Source: a virus
Lineage: Duplodnaviria > Caudoviricetes
Strand: one strand, 5' to 3'
Virus record (IMG/VR): IMGVR_UViG_3300046488_000260
Location: 1 to 61,664 of that record
DNA: 61,664 nucleotides
Shown here: in pieces, positions 9,883 to 19,019 of the stretch
Numbering within the stretch: position 1 is the stretch's first letter
Layout: each line of letters begins with the position of its first letter
Position numbers and translations under genes: made by a program
Notes under the pieces: model-generated
What the model was told of the DNA's origin: nothing
Seen by the model: the letters and a program-made list of their open reading frames with translations, nothing else
Databases searched by the model: none

Positions 9883-12800
9883 GATTGGCCTCCAGCGGAT
9901 GGACTCGCATCACCTCGTTACCACGCGGGTCGATCACCTTCACCGCGACGGACTTGTGCTTGCCCGCGGGGAACGGCAAAGAGACGGTTCCCGAGAGCAG
10001 CTCGAACCGCTCCGGGTCCACGACACCCGCCAGCGCCTTGCTGAGCTTTTCCCAAGCGCTGCGGTCTGGAAAGAACGCCTGCGTGATGCAAAACGTCCGC
10101 CCGTCGTAATCGCCATCCACGAACCACGCCGCCACCTTCGCCGCGCCGGTGTCCACCACGGTGTTGTTCACCGGGTCGTAGACGTCCACACCTTCCATCT
10201 CGACGGTGTACATGCCGTCGCCGTCCGGACCATTCACGCTGGTGCGCGGACGGCCAAAGACGGTGAACAACTGGCTGCCGGGCTGTTCTTTCAAGAGGCC
10301 ATTCATGCCGGGGTTCACATCGGGGCGAATGTGCGCGATGTGCAGTCGCACACGCGGTACGCCCTCGTCGATGACGGCTTGGGCAGGTCCGTCGAAGCTG
10401 AACCCGGCGAATACGAGATCGTCGTATCGGCGCGCGGCCGGCTTGATGACCTCCTCGATCATCTTGGCCGTAATGGGGCCATACTGCGGACCGAAAACCA
10501 CGCCGACCGTGGCGTCACCCTCTGAGTCGTCGTCGGTTTCGCCAACGTTTACCCACCGACCTTCGGCATGGATGCCGGCGGAACTGCCGGTGGCGTAGAT
10601 CGCGTCCAGGCGCGTGAACTTCTTCTGCTTATTATCCGGGAATCGGACGCCGTCCATGCGGAGCAGGTCCACCATTTTGCTGAGATACGCTTCGAGATTC
10701 TGGGCCGACTCACCCAGCTGTACTTCACGGATGGCGAACGTTCCTTCCAATTCGTCCGGCTCGCCAGCGAAGCCGGTTTCGACGACGGTGGCGTCGCCCA
10801 GGGACATTTCCGGCGGCTGGACTGCCTCCACCGTGAAAGGTCCGCTGACGCGGGTGATCTTGCGATCAACCTCCGGCTGGTCTACCAGTTCTTCGGGATC
10901 AGCATTCGCTGCAATGCAGGTGTTGACCTCGTCCATCTTGACCCGCCACGCCGCGCGGTATTCCTCGACGGCTTTCTTCAAATCGGCGGGGTAATCCGGA
11001 TCGGTATCAGATGGGACTTTCCAGTGATGCCAGCCCTTGCCCTTGGCCGGGAGGTCCCACCGGCGACGGTCGGCTTCGGTGATGGACTTCTTGCCTTCCT
11101 GCTTCTGCTTCAATGCGAGCTTCGTACGCAGCTCGTTGCGGAGCCGGTCCGACACGGTCTGGAGCGATTTATTGGCGGCGGCAAGGCGCTCTTCGAGGAT
11201 AGGTTCATGCTTCGCGAAAATCGGATCGAGGTTGGAATTCTGCGCGACTGTCCGCAGCATTATGTGCGGAACCGTCTTGTTCCGGAACCCTTGTGCGACG
11301 CCCGCCGATTCGTCTCGAAGCCTGAAGTATTCGTACCGGGCCGTGAGTATACGCTGACGAGCCAGAGCAATGGCTACGCGGCTCGTGTCGATGGTGACCC
11401 ACCTTCGCCCCCAATCCTCAGCGATACTGGCGGTTGTACCGCTGCCGCATGTCGGGTCAAGCACGAGATCGCCGGGATCAGTTGTCATCAGCATGCAGCG
11501 CTCAATAACCTTGGTGTTTGTCTGAACAACGTATACCTTCAGATCAGTGAAGGCTCCAGTCTGGGTATCGTTCCAGACCTCCGTGAGAGGAGTTAGAGGG
11601 AAATCACCCAAGAATCGTACGTAAGTGAGAGAGTTCGGCGTGGGTGCAGCGAGGCGCTCGGCACTAATCAGGCGCGCCATTCCCTCCGGATTCGTTTTCC
11701 AGAAACCTCGCCCAGGTCGGAAGGTATTCTCCTGAAACTCTACAGGATAGTCGGAGTTGGTGCCGCCGCTTTGGGAGGTTAGATTGTCGTGCCTGTATAT
11801 CTGAGCTCCCTTGGGCAGCTTGCCTGGGTCATCCCGTTCCTCTGTCGTCAAGACATGCCTTGCCCCACCTGGCAGTAACGCCCTAGTGAAACGTCCTCCG
11901 ATATCGTCTTCGAAACCCCGCGACCTGAACAGACTCCGGAACTTTAGGTTCGACTTGTCGCGAGCGTACCAGAGTAGGTAGTTTGCACTGGGGCCGAGAT
12001 GCTGCCCGCCAAGGCTCGAAGTAGTCCGAAACGTGATCTGCGCCCCAAAGTTGCTGGCCCCAAATACCTCATCGAGTAGGCATCGGACGCGGTGGATATT
12101 CTCGTCGCTGATCTGGACGAACACGCTTCCCGAATCAGCAAGGAGATCGCGAGCGACAACAAGCCGGTCTCGCAGATATGCGAGGTACGAGTGGACCCCG
12201 AGCGTCCACGTGTCTCGGTACGCTTTCACCATCTCCGGTTCACGCGTGAGGTCGGCCTCTTTGTCTTTCACCTCGCGCTTTCCAATCTCCGGCTGGAAAT
12301 TGCTGGAGAACTTGATCCCATACGGTGGGTCCATGTAGATCATCTGGACCTTGCCCGCAAGATCTTCTCGCCGGGCCAGTGATGACATGACCTGTAGGCT
12401 GTCGCCCAGGATCAGGCGATTCGACCAGTCCACGTCGTGCTTGTAGAACTGGACCGCCTCGTTGTACTCCTGCTCCGGGTCGGCGAACAGCGAGCGGTTC
12501 ACGTCCTCGCGCGCTGCCACCTTCAGGATGGCCTGAGCGCTGGCCCGCTCGTGGATATGCAGAGCGACCGGGTCAACGGCGAACGACTTGGTCTCTCGCT
12601 TTCCGGCCCACTCCAGCCACGGCTCGTGGTGGCGCAGCGCCTCCGCTAGCACCCCCACCTCGGCATCCGTCAACTTGCGTTGCCTGGCGGTCGCGAGCAA
12701 TTCGGGCGTCTGGTCGGTTCGGCCCGTCGGATCGAACCGGAGTTCTGGCGGGCGCCGCGGACTGTACAAGTACTCGGCCTTGGGGATCAGCGGAACGTAG

Positions 12801-12922
12801 CCTTCGGCTGCGATCTTGGCGGGCGGATTATTCTTCCGTGTCGCCTTGGGAAAACGGTAGTCGCTGACGTTCTTCAGAACGTCATCTGCGGGCGCAGTCC
12901 TCGGCTTCTGCTTTTTGGCCAT
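9875..12922 (-). CDS. mod: Type III-like N6-adenine DNA methyltransferase (Mod)
   Basis: DPPY motif IV and LDPTCGSGTT motif I in beta-class order; stop overlaps the Res start. Confidence 0.92.
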   Translation of the reverse strand: MAKKQKPRTAPADDVLKNVSDYRFPKATRKNNPPAKIAAEGYVPLIPKAEYLYSPRRPPELRFDPTGRTDQTPELLATARQRKLTDAEVGVLAEALRHHEPWLEWAGKRETKSFAVDPVALHIHERASAQAILKVAAREDVNRSLFADPEQEYNEAVQFYKHDVDWSNRLILGDSLQVMSSLARREDLAGKVQMIYMDPPYGIKFSSNFQPEIGKREVKDKEADLTREPEMVKAYRDTWTLGVHSYLAYLRDRLVVARDLLADSGSVFVQISDENIHRVRCLLDEVFGASNFGAQITFRTTSSLGGQHLGPSANYLLWYARDKSNLKFRSLFRSRGFEDDIGGRFTRALLPGGARHVLTTEERDDPGKLPKGAQIYRHDNLTSQSGGTNSDYPVEFQENTFRPGRGFWKTNPEGMARLISAERLAAPTPNSLTYVRFLGDFPLTPLTEVWNDTQTGAFTDLKVYVVQTNTKVIERCMLMTTDPGDLVLDPTCGSGTTASIAEDWGRRWVTIDTSRVAIALARQRILTARYEYFRLRDESAGVAQGFRNKTVPHIMLRTVAQNSNLDPIFAKHEPILEERLAAANKSLQTVSDRLRNELRTKLALKQKQEGKKSITEADRRRWDLPAKGKGWHHWKVPSDTDPDYPADLKKAVEEYRAAWRVKMDEVNTCIAANADPEELVDQPEVDRKITRVSGPFTVEAVQPPEMSLGDATVVETGFAGEPDELEGTFAIREVQLGESAQNLEAYLSKMVDLLRMDGVRFPDNKQKKFTRLDAIYATGSSAGIHAEGRWVNVGETDDDSEGDATVGVVFGPQYGPITAKMIEEVIKPAARRYDDLVFAGFSFDGPAQAVIDEGVPRVRLHIAHIRPDVNPGMNGLLKEQPGSQLFTVFGRPRTSVNGPDGDGMYTVEMEGVDVYDPVNNTVVDTGAAKVAAWFVDGDYDGRTFCITQAFFPDRSAWEKLSKALAGVVDPERFELLSGTVSLPFPAGKHKSVAVKVIDPRGNEVMRVHPLEANRG

Positions 12923-13216
12923 AGTCGTGATCGGTCTCTACGATTGTATGTGGTTGCGTCCGCGTTGTCCGCTGACCGGGTGCGCGTGTCGGCCACGTCG
13001 CCGACGCACCGCCTGGAGGCGGTGCCACATGCCCCCCGGCAGCCTCCGCGGGAAAAACCCCTTTATGTAAGGGAACCCAAAAATGTCTCCCCAACGGACG
13101 CGTTTCAAAAAGGGGGGGTACCACCCGTGCGTGCTCGCGAAAAGCACGCCAGTGGCCAGTGTGGAAAGCTAGATCCAACCGTTGCGAAAAACGACGCCTG
13201 GGGAAGGTCCAGAAAA

Positions 13217-13255
13217 GCATGGAAGAGGTCACGAGTTCGAATCTCACCAGATCCA
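13217..13255 (+). other. Degenerate 3' half of a tRNA (tRNA-Ala(GGC)-like), probable att-site relic
   Basis: GCATGGAAGAGGTCACGAGTTCGAATCTCACCAGATCCA: anticodon 3' arm, variable loop, GTTCGAATC T-loop, partial T-stem and acceptor 3' strand; no 5' half upstream. Confidence 0.65.
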
Positions 13256-13514
13256 TGTCACGCTGCGCTGCTCGGGCGTCCCCAAGTACCGGGATTTTGC
13301 ACTGAGATCCACAGCAATTCGCGGTCAAGAATTTGATTCTATTCGATTTCAACGACATGGGCTGTGCACAACCTGTGAATTGATTTTTGCCTTCTGTTCG
13401 CCATGATACGATAGAGGCGTTGTACTTCAGGCCCCCCGCGCGGCGTTGAATCGACGGGGCACACCTGCCGCGACAGACCACTTCCTTATTCATAACTCAC
13501 TGAGGTGTCTGAAG

Positions 13515-14711
13515 ATGGCCCGATTCAACCTGAAGAGCTTTGCGCAGCCAGACCTCCTGAAAAGAATTCAGCCGGGGAACTTGATTCCGCTGCTCGAACC
13601 CTTCCGGATGTTCCTGGAAACGAAGGGATACTCCATTCCATCCGGCGGAGATCCGGAAATCGACGTCCCGGCGCTCGGAGGCATCCTCGCTCAGCCCGAC
13701 GAGGAGATGCCGGGAGATTTGGTTGAGGCGCTGCACTTGATCGGCACCCTTGGCGCGGACGAGCGCTTTGATGAATTGCTGGAGATGGCGGCGGCCAACC
13801 AGATTGAAACAGACGGTGAAGTCACGGCGATGGATCTGGCCACCCAGATTTGGCTCAAGAACCCCGAAGCGTTGGAGAGGAAGGAGCACGAAGAGCACTT
13901 TCAGAATCGAAAGTCTTTTGAGAGCTTTCGCGCAGCCAACCCAGAAGTCGTTGTCGCCATCGACGACCTGCCGAGAGACCTGACTGCCTTGCAGGAGGCG
14001 CTCGAGGCCTATTTCCAGGCGAAGAAGCGCGGCGTTGGGTGCCGCGTTACCCGGAAGGACTCTCCTGATGAGGTCCGGTTCCTCGTCGAGCATGGCCAAC
14101 CCTGCAAACGTGAACCGTGCCGGAAGGGGCCAAAATCGACATCAACGTTTTTCCGCCCCGAGAAGACGGACGTGGTGATCTACGACGTCGTTCACAACGA
14201 ACTCCGCATCAACGCTTCCACCGCCGCCGACGTGCGCAAATACCGAGCGTTTTTTGGGCACCACGTTTTCGGCGACGAAGACCGGTTCGTGTTCCGCGAG
14301 AAGTACACCCTCGATCCGCTCAAGAAGGATGGCCGCGCGGCCCTCAATTGCGGCGACATTCCCGGAATTGACAAGGTGGATCTCCGGGAAATCGAGTATT
14401 CCTGGGGCGGCGCCTTTGAACACATGGAGATTCATCGCGCCGAAGGCCTGTTTCATGCGCTGGCGTTGATCCGGAGAGACGTCGAAACGGAACCTCATAT
14501 CCGTAAGGCCGTATTCAAAATCAAGTTGGCTGGCGAGAAGCGGCCTCGCAGCGTGACAGTCAAGGCCGGCAACAAGTCCGGCTATAACCGCGGCGAAGAG
14601 GCGATGGTGATTGAGGATTGGCTGCGTGCTCGCGGGTTCGTCCTTACCGCGGAACCAGTAGAGGAGACAGCCCAGGATGCGGACGCTGAGATGGCTTTGG
14701 CGGGGGCTTGA
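13515..14711 (+). CDS. Hypothetical protein (398 aa), first gene of the phage core
   Basis: Long ORF with typical codon usage, GAGGTG RBS before ATG 13515; no family recognised. Confidence 0.8.
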   Translation: MARFNLKSFAQPDLLKRIQPGNLIPLLEPFRMFLETKGYSIPSGGDPEIDVPALGGILAQPDEEMPGDLVEALHLIGTLGADERFDELLEMAAANQIETDGEVTAMDLATQIWLKNPEALERKEHEEHFQNRKSFESFRAANPEVVVAIDDLPRDLTALQEALEAYFQAKKRGVGCRVTRKDSPDEVRFLVEHGQPCKREPCRKGPKSTSTFFRPEKTDVVIYDVVHNELRINASTAADVRKYRAFFGHHVFGDEDRFVFREKYTLDPLKKDGRAALNCGDIPGIDKVDLREIEYSWGGAFEHMEIHRAEGLFHALALIRRDVETEPHIRKAVFKIKLAGEKRPRSVTVKAGNKSGYNRGEEAMVIEDWLRARGFVLTAEPVEETAQDADAEMALAGA

Positions 14712-15537
14712 GAGCGTTTCCGGCCTGGCTGCGATTCCGGCCTACTGGAAGCATTCCTGCGGCACTGAATTCCCGCTGATCCGTCCCCATCTGCGGCCGA
14801 CGGATGATATCGGCGCGACGTACCCTTGCCACCATCCTCGCGATCATGACTGCCCTCGAGGAATCGTCCAATACGGAGATGGGACCTTTGCGGCTGTCTG
14901 CAGGCACCCTCACAAGCTTTGTGATGACTTGCCTCTGGTGCCCAGGGACGCACTCGTCCACACGTTGGACATCGGAGCTTTGGTGCTGCCGATGGCGAAG
15001 GTGCTTTGTGTCCGGATCCTGAATCTGCAAGGTACTTCGCACGGCGTTTGGGCGCTCGGGCTTTCGACGAGCCGTCCCACGCGGAATTATCCGGTGTATT
15101 TGCTGGTTTTCGCTCGGCACGCCGACTTCCGCGCTGCACTCAGCGCGTTAGCGCTTTCGTGCCCTACATCGTTCGTGGCCGTCGCGCCGACAAGCAATCA
15201 CCTGACGGTCGAGTTGCGCGAGCACCTGGCCCGGCGCCAGAGTAGTTTCATCGCAATGGATGAGCGCGTGGGGCTGTCGGAAGACGGGCTCTTTGTTGGA
15301 CTTGAGATGACCCACGCAGACGAAGTAACTCCGACTCCGATCGAGCAGCGGCACGAGGTGGTTGAGAAGTACAAGATCGATTTCAACTGCACCGACCAAG
15401 TCATTTTCGAAGACGCCGACGTCCACAAGGCGGATTTCTACAAGTGGCTGAAGGGGACGCTCAGCGACAAGTCCAGCAAATCAAATCGCATAGAAGAAAT
15501 TCTTCACACAAACCCCAAACTGCGCACCCGGCGATAG
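14677..15537 (+). CDS. Hypothetical protein with an N-terminal Cys/His cluster and a possible C-terminal HTH
   Basis: YPCHHPRDHDCPR...AVCRHPHKLC; C-terminal DQVIFEDADVHKADFYKWLKG is HTH-like; overlaps the upstream gene. Confidence 0.7.
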   Translation: MRTLRWLWRGLESVSGLAAIPAYWKHSCGTEFPLIRPHLRPTDDIGATYPCHHPRDHDCPRGIVQYGDGTFAAVCRHPHKLCDDLPLVPRDALVHTLDIGALVLPMAKVLCVRILNLQGTSHGVWALGLSTSRPTRNYPVYLLVFARHADFRAALSALALSCPTSFVAVAPTSNHLTVELREHLARRQSSFIAMDERVGLSEDGLFVGLEMTHADEVTPTPIEQRHEVVEKYKIDFNCTDQVIFEDADVHKADFYKWLKGTLSDKSSKSNRIEEILHTNPKLRTRR

Positions 15538-15585
15538 GCGCGCCGCCTACTTTTTCGCCTACCCCGCCTACCTTGATTCGCCTAC
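15534..15585. repeat. CGCCTAC heptamer array, putative operator
   Basis: CGCCTAC at 15544, 15556, 15565 and 15579, plus inverted ATAGGCG at 15534. Confidence 0.75.
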
Positions 15586-15645
15586 GCGGTTGCGTCGGAT
15601 CATCGTCCTGTACCAAACACGCACAAAGCGTGGGGAACAGGCGAT

Positions 15646-15858
15646 ATGAGCGACAAACCCCTCGAAACACTACTTGAAGAGAAGGAACTGGCCGAAACAC
15701 TCCAGGTCTCCATCGGAACGTTACGAACCTGGCGGACTGACGGCACGGGCCCCCGCTTTCATCGGATCGGACAGATGATCCGATATGCGCCATCCGACGT
15801 GAAGAATTGGCTCCTGAGCCGTCAGGCGGGCGGAGACCTCGCGGAGGTGGCGCGATGA
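15646..15858 (+). CDS. Excisionase/AlpA-like HTH DNA-binding protein
   Basis: LLEEKELAETLQVSIGTLRTWR..G.GPRFHRIG..IRY (HTH_17-like). Confidence 0.85.
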   Translation: MSDKPLETLLEEKELAETLQVSIGTLRTWRTDGTGPRFHRIGQMIRYAPSDVKNWLLSRQAGGDLAEVAR

Positions 15859-16214
15859 TCCAGCCCGTCACAATCCAGGACTTGCTACCGTCCGAAGCCG
15901 CGTTTGTCGCCACCATGCAACAACTTGGCTTCGGCCGCTTTGAATACGTCCAGATCCGCGGTGGCGAACTAGTCCTGAACCCTGGGCCAATCACGGTGCG
16001 CGACGTCAAATTCGGGTCGCCCGTGACGACAGGTAAACCCTCGGCCGCCACGTCGGCCCTCCGGCCGCAGCTTGTGGAGTTCTTTGCCTACGTGCGTGAC
16101 GTCGAAGCCGGCGAAATTCGCGAGGTAGAAGTGCGCCACGGGTTGCCTTTCTCGATGGAAGTTGAACTGGCTGGCGCGAAGAGCGTCGCTCCTCAAGGAG
16201 GCCACCGTGGCTGA
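15855..16214 (+). CDS. Hypothetical protein
   Basis: ATGA-coupled, GGAGG RBS, EVEVRHGLPF C-terminal motif. Confidence 0.7.
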   Translation: MIQPVTIQDLLPSEAAFVATMQQLGFGRFEYVQIRGGELVLNPGPITVRDVKFGSPVTTGKPSAATSALRPQLVEFFAYVRDVEAGEIREVEVRHGLPFSMEVELAGAKSVAPQGGHRG

Positions 16215-16725
16215 CCTCACCCTCGACCAGGCGCTTCCGCTCGTCCAGAACCTTGCGGGGCGGAAGGCCAATGCGTTCGTTCGCCGGTGCGGGTTAGCCG
16301 TCGATGAACGCGAAGACGTAGAAAGCCGCCTCGTCCTGACGTTCCTCACTCGCTGGCCGAAGTTCGACAGCCAGCGAGCGTCCGTCCGCACGTTCGCATC
16401 GCGGGTTATGGACAAGGAACTCACCTCCATCCTGCGGTACCACCTGGCGCCCAGCCGGAAGGCGCAGGACATCCCGATCGACGATTCCGCTCCAAGTTCG
16501 GCAGCTCGCGGACGGTTCCGGATTGACCTCGAACGAGCGCTCGCCCCACTGCCCGGTGCCGTCCATGAGACCGCACTGGCGCTCTTTTGGTACTCCACGG
16601 TTGAAACCGCCGAAGCGCTGGGATGCTCCCGCCAGATCATCCAAGTCAGGAAACGGCAGATTCGCGAAGCGCTCAACGCTGCCGGCATTGGACCCTGCTA
16701 TTTCACCACTGGAGTTGCCCATTGA
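16207..16725 (+). CDS. ECF/sigma70-like transcription factor
   Basis: EREDVES...RWPKFDSQRASVRTFASRV (sigma2-like) and DLERALAPLP...STVETAEALGCSR (sigma4 HTH); AAGGAGG RBS before GTG. Confidence 0.7.
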   Translation: MADLTLDQALPLVQNLAGRKANAFVRRCGLAVDEREDVESRLVLTFLTRWPKFDSQRASVRTFASRVMDKELTSILRYHLAPSRKAQDIPIDDSAPSSAARGRFRIDLERALAPLPGAVHETALALFWYSTVETAEALGCSRQIIQVRKRQIREALNAAGIGPCYFTTGVAH

Positions 16726-17741
16726 TCGCTCCTCCCACCATCTCCACCTACAGTATGTGGTCGCTCTTCCGAAATTGCCGGAAGGCGGTGGACTGGCGTC
16801 ACCTCCAGCAACTCGCTCCGCTCGAACGAGACCGGAACCTGCACTTCGGATCGCTTGTCCACGAATGCCTCCAGGCATGGCATCAGCGGCGGGACCTGGG
16901 GGAAGTGTTGGCGCTCATCAGCACTCTCTGCCCTAACCGGCTGTATGACGAGGGCCAGCGAAGGGACTGGCATAACGCTACTGCGTTGATGAAAGCCTAC
17001 TCCGCGCGGTATGCGGTGGAAGAGTTCGAAGCGGTGGCTCTGGAAAAGACCTTCCAGGGTCCGATCATCAATCCGGCCACCGGCGCCGCATCCCGGAGCT
17101 TTGTCCTCGCCGGCAAGGTCGACGGCATCGTGCGCACCGGGGCCGAGTACTTCCTCTTGGAACATAAGACCGCCGCGCAACTCGATGCCGATTATCTGGA
17201 GCGGCTGTGGACGGACTTCCAGATCACCCTTTACGCCTATTACGTGGAACAGACGATGGGCATCACCATCACCGGCATCCTTTATAACATCCTCGTCAAA
17301 GCCAAGCTCCAACAGAGTAAGGGCGAAACCCAGGATGAGTACGAGGCCCGCCGCGCGGAGCTGCTGGCAAAGTCGAAGACTGGCAAGACGACCGCAAAGC
17401 GGAAGCTGCCGGAGACAGATGAGGAATTCCAGGAGCGCCTGGCCGAAAAGTATACTGATCCGGCCATGCTTCACCGGGAAATGCTCTACCTCTCCCGTGA
17501 CCGCTTCGACATCCTGCGCAGCGAACTCTGGGAACTCACCCAGGCATTTCTCGACGCCCGCCGCCGTGGCGTCTTTTATCAAAATACAGGCTTTTGCTTC
17601 AACTTTCACAGGCCCTGTGCGTACTTTGCGCTGTGCCGCTCGAACGGTAATCCCAACGTCATCGAGAACTTCTACCAACGCATCGCGCCCAACGAAGAGT
17701 TGCGGGTGCTGTCCAACGATGCCACCGAGCTCGCTTTCTAA
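16722..17741 (+). CDS. PD-(D/E)XK nuclease (RecB/Cas4-like phage exonuclease)
   Basis: FGSLVHECL, LAGKVDGIV...LLEHKT, Q...Y and C-terminal C...CAYFALC. Confidence 0.85.
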   Translation: MIAPPTISTYSMWSLFRNCRKAVDWRHLQQLAPLERDRNLHFGSLVHECLQAWHQRRDLGEVLALISTLCPNRLYDEGQRRDWHNATALMKAYSARYAVEEFEAVALEKTFQGPIINPATGAASRSFVLAGKVDGIVRTGAEYFLLEHKTAAQLDADYLERLWTDFQITLYAYYVEQTMGITITGILYNILVKAKLQQSKGETQDEYEARRAELLAKSKTGKTTAKRKLPETDEEFQERLAEKYTDPAMLHREMLYLSRDRFDILRSELWELTQAFLDARRRGVFYQNTGFCFNFHRPCAYFALCRSNGNPNVIENFYQRIAPNEELRVLSNDATELAF

Positions 17742-17760
17742 AAGGAGAAGACCAATCATC

Positions 17761-18540
17761 ATGTCGATACTTCCCACTGCCAAGACACCGCCCAAACCGG
17801 ACCTCGCGGATCTCACCGTGTTGTGGTACGGGCAAACCAAAATTGGAAAATCCAGCACCTGCGCGCAAACCGAGGGCGCGCTGTTCCTGGCCACGGAACC
17901 GGGGCTGAACGCGCTGGATGTCTACCAGGCGCCCATCCTCTGCTGGGAGGACCTGCTGAACGCCTGCGCCGAGATCGTCGAAGGCAAGCACCCCTTCAAG
18001 ACGGTGATCATCGACACGATCGACAACGCCTACAAGTTTTGCGTTGAATTCATCCTCCGCAAGTTCAAGGTCGAGCATGAATCGGATCTCGGCTACGGCA
18101 AGGGTTATGCGCTCGTCAACAACGAGTTCCAGCGAGTGCTCACCAAGCTCGCCTTCCTACCATACGGATTGTTCCTCATCTCGCACGCGAAAGAGATGGA
18201 GATGGACTCCCGCACCGGCAAGTACACGCGCGTGGTGCCGACGCTGCCGGACAAGGCTCGCAAGATCGTGCTCGGGATGGCGGACATGGTGCTGTTCTGC
18301 GACCTCGATGTCCAGGCCGGCACTGACGGTGAACCGTGCGTGCGCCGCGTGATCCGCACCAAGCCGAGCATCTATTACGAAGCCGGGGATCGCACCGGAC
18401 GTCTGCCCGAGACGCTCGACCTCGATTTCAGCAGTTTCCTCGAAGCCTTCAACGCGGCGACCGCCGCAAAGTCGGCAGCGAAGTCCGCCGCCAAGCCGGT
18501 CCAGGCAGGCAAGCCCGGTCCAGCGGCGGCCAGCAAATAG
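17761..18540 (+). CDS. AAA_24 ATPase (Sak4-like recombinase)
   Basis: YGQTKIGKS Walker A, TVIIDTID Walker B, GYGKGY, LISH; AAAGGAG RBS. Confidence 0.85.
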   Translation: MSILPTAKTPPKPDLADLTVLWYGQTKIGKSSTCAQTEGALFLATEPGLNALDVYQAPILCWEDLLNACAEIVEGKHPFKTVIIDTIDNAYKFCVEFILRKFKVEHESDLGYGKGYALVNNEFQRVLTKLAFLPYGLFLISHAKEMEMDSRTGKYTRVVPTLPDKARKIVLGMADMVLFCDLDVQAGTDGEPCVRRVIRTKPSIYYEAGDRTGRLPETLDLDFSSFLEAFNAATAAKSAAKSAAKPVQAGKPGPAAASK

Positions 18541-18563
18541 TGAGTCTGAACAAGGAGAAACCC

Positions 18564-19019
18564 ATGGCTAACAAGTCGATTGATTTAGCGCAGTTTGACG
18601 ATGATTTCCAGAGCGAGAAAACCGAGGAGAAGGCCGATTTTGAAAGCGTGCCTGACGGCAAGTATCAGGTGGCGGTCGAAAAGGTGGAATTGGCCCAGTC
18701 CTCGACCGGCAACCCGATGCTCAAGTGGACGCTGCGAATCCTGGCGCCCCGCTTCGTAAACCGGTTCCTATGGCGCAACAGCGTCTTCACCGCGAACACG
18801 CTGAAATACGTCAAGACCGACCTGCACATGTGCGGGCTCGATCTCGAAAAGCTGTCGGAGCTTCCGAAGCACCTCGGAAAACTGCTCGAAGTGAAGCTCG
18901 AAGTCACCAAGAAGATGAAGGGCGACAACGAGAACATCTACTTCAACCGGCGGATCGAAACCTCCGCCAGTACCAACCGGTATCAGCGCGAAGCCGGAGA
19001 CGCCCTTGTCCCGTTCTAA
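18564..19019 (+). CDS. DUF669 family protein (phage SSB-like)
   Basis: VPDGKYQVAVEKVE...GNPMLKW and C-terminal VPF; follows the Sak4-like gene. Confidence 0.8.
   Translation: MANKSIDLAQFDDDFQSEKTEEKADFESVPDGKYQVAVEKVELAQSSTGNPMLKWTLRILAPRFVNRFLWRNSVFTANTLKYVKTDLHMCGLDLEKLSELPKHLGKLLEVKLEVTKKMKGDNENIYFNRRIETSASTNRYQREAGDALVPF

Noticed and set aside
13217-13255. Functional tRNA gene
   Set aside because: 5' half absent and T-stem mismatched; reported only as a relic
16722-17741. Cas4-like nuclease as evidence of a CRISPR-Cas system
   Set aside because: No repeat-spacer array or other cas gene seen; the context (Sak4-like ATPase plus DUF669) is a standard phage recombination module
17011-17760. 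N-terminal 250-aa extension of the AAA ATPase given by the ORF track
   Set aside because: Overlaps the nuclease gene in another frame; a strong RBS supports ATG 17761
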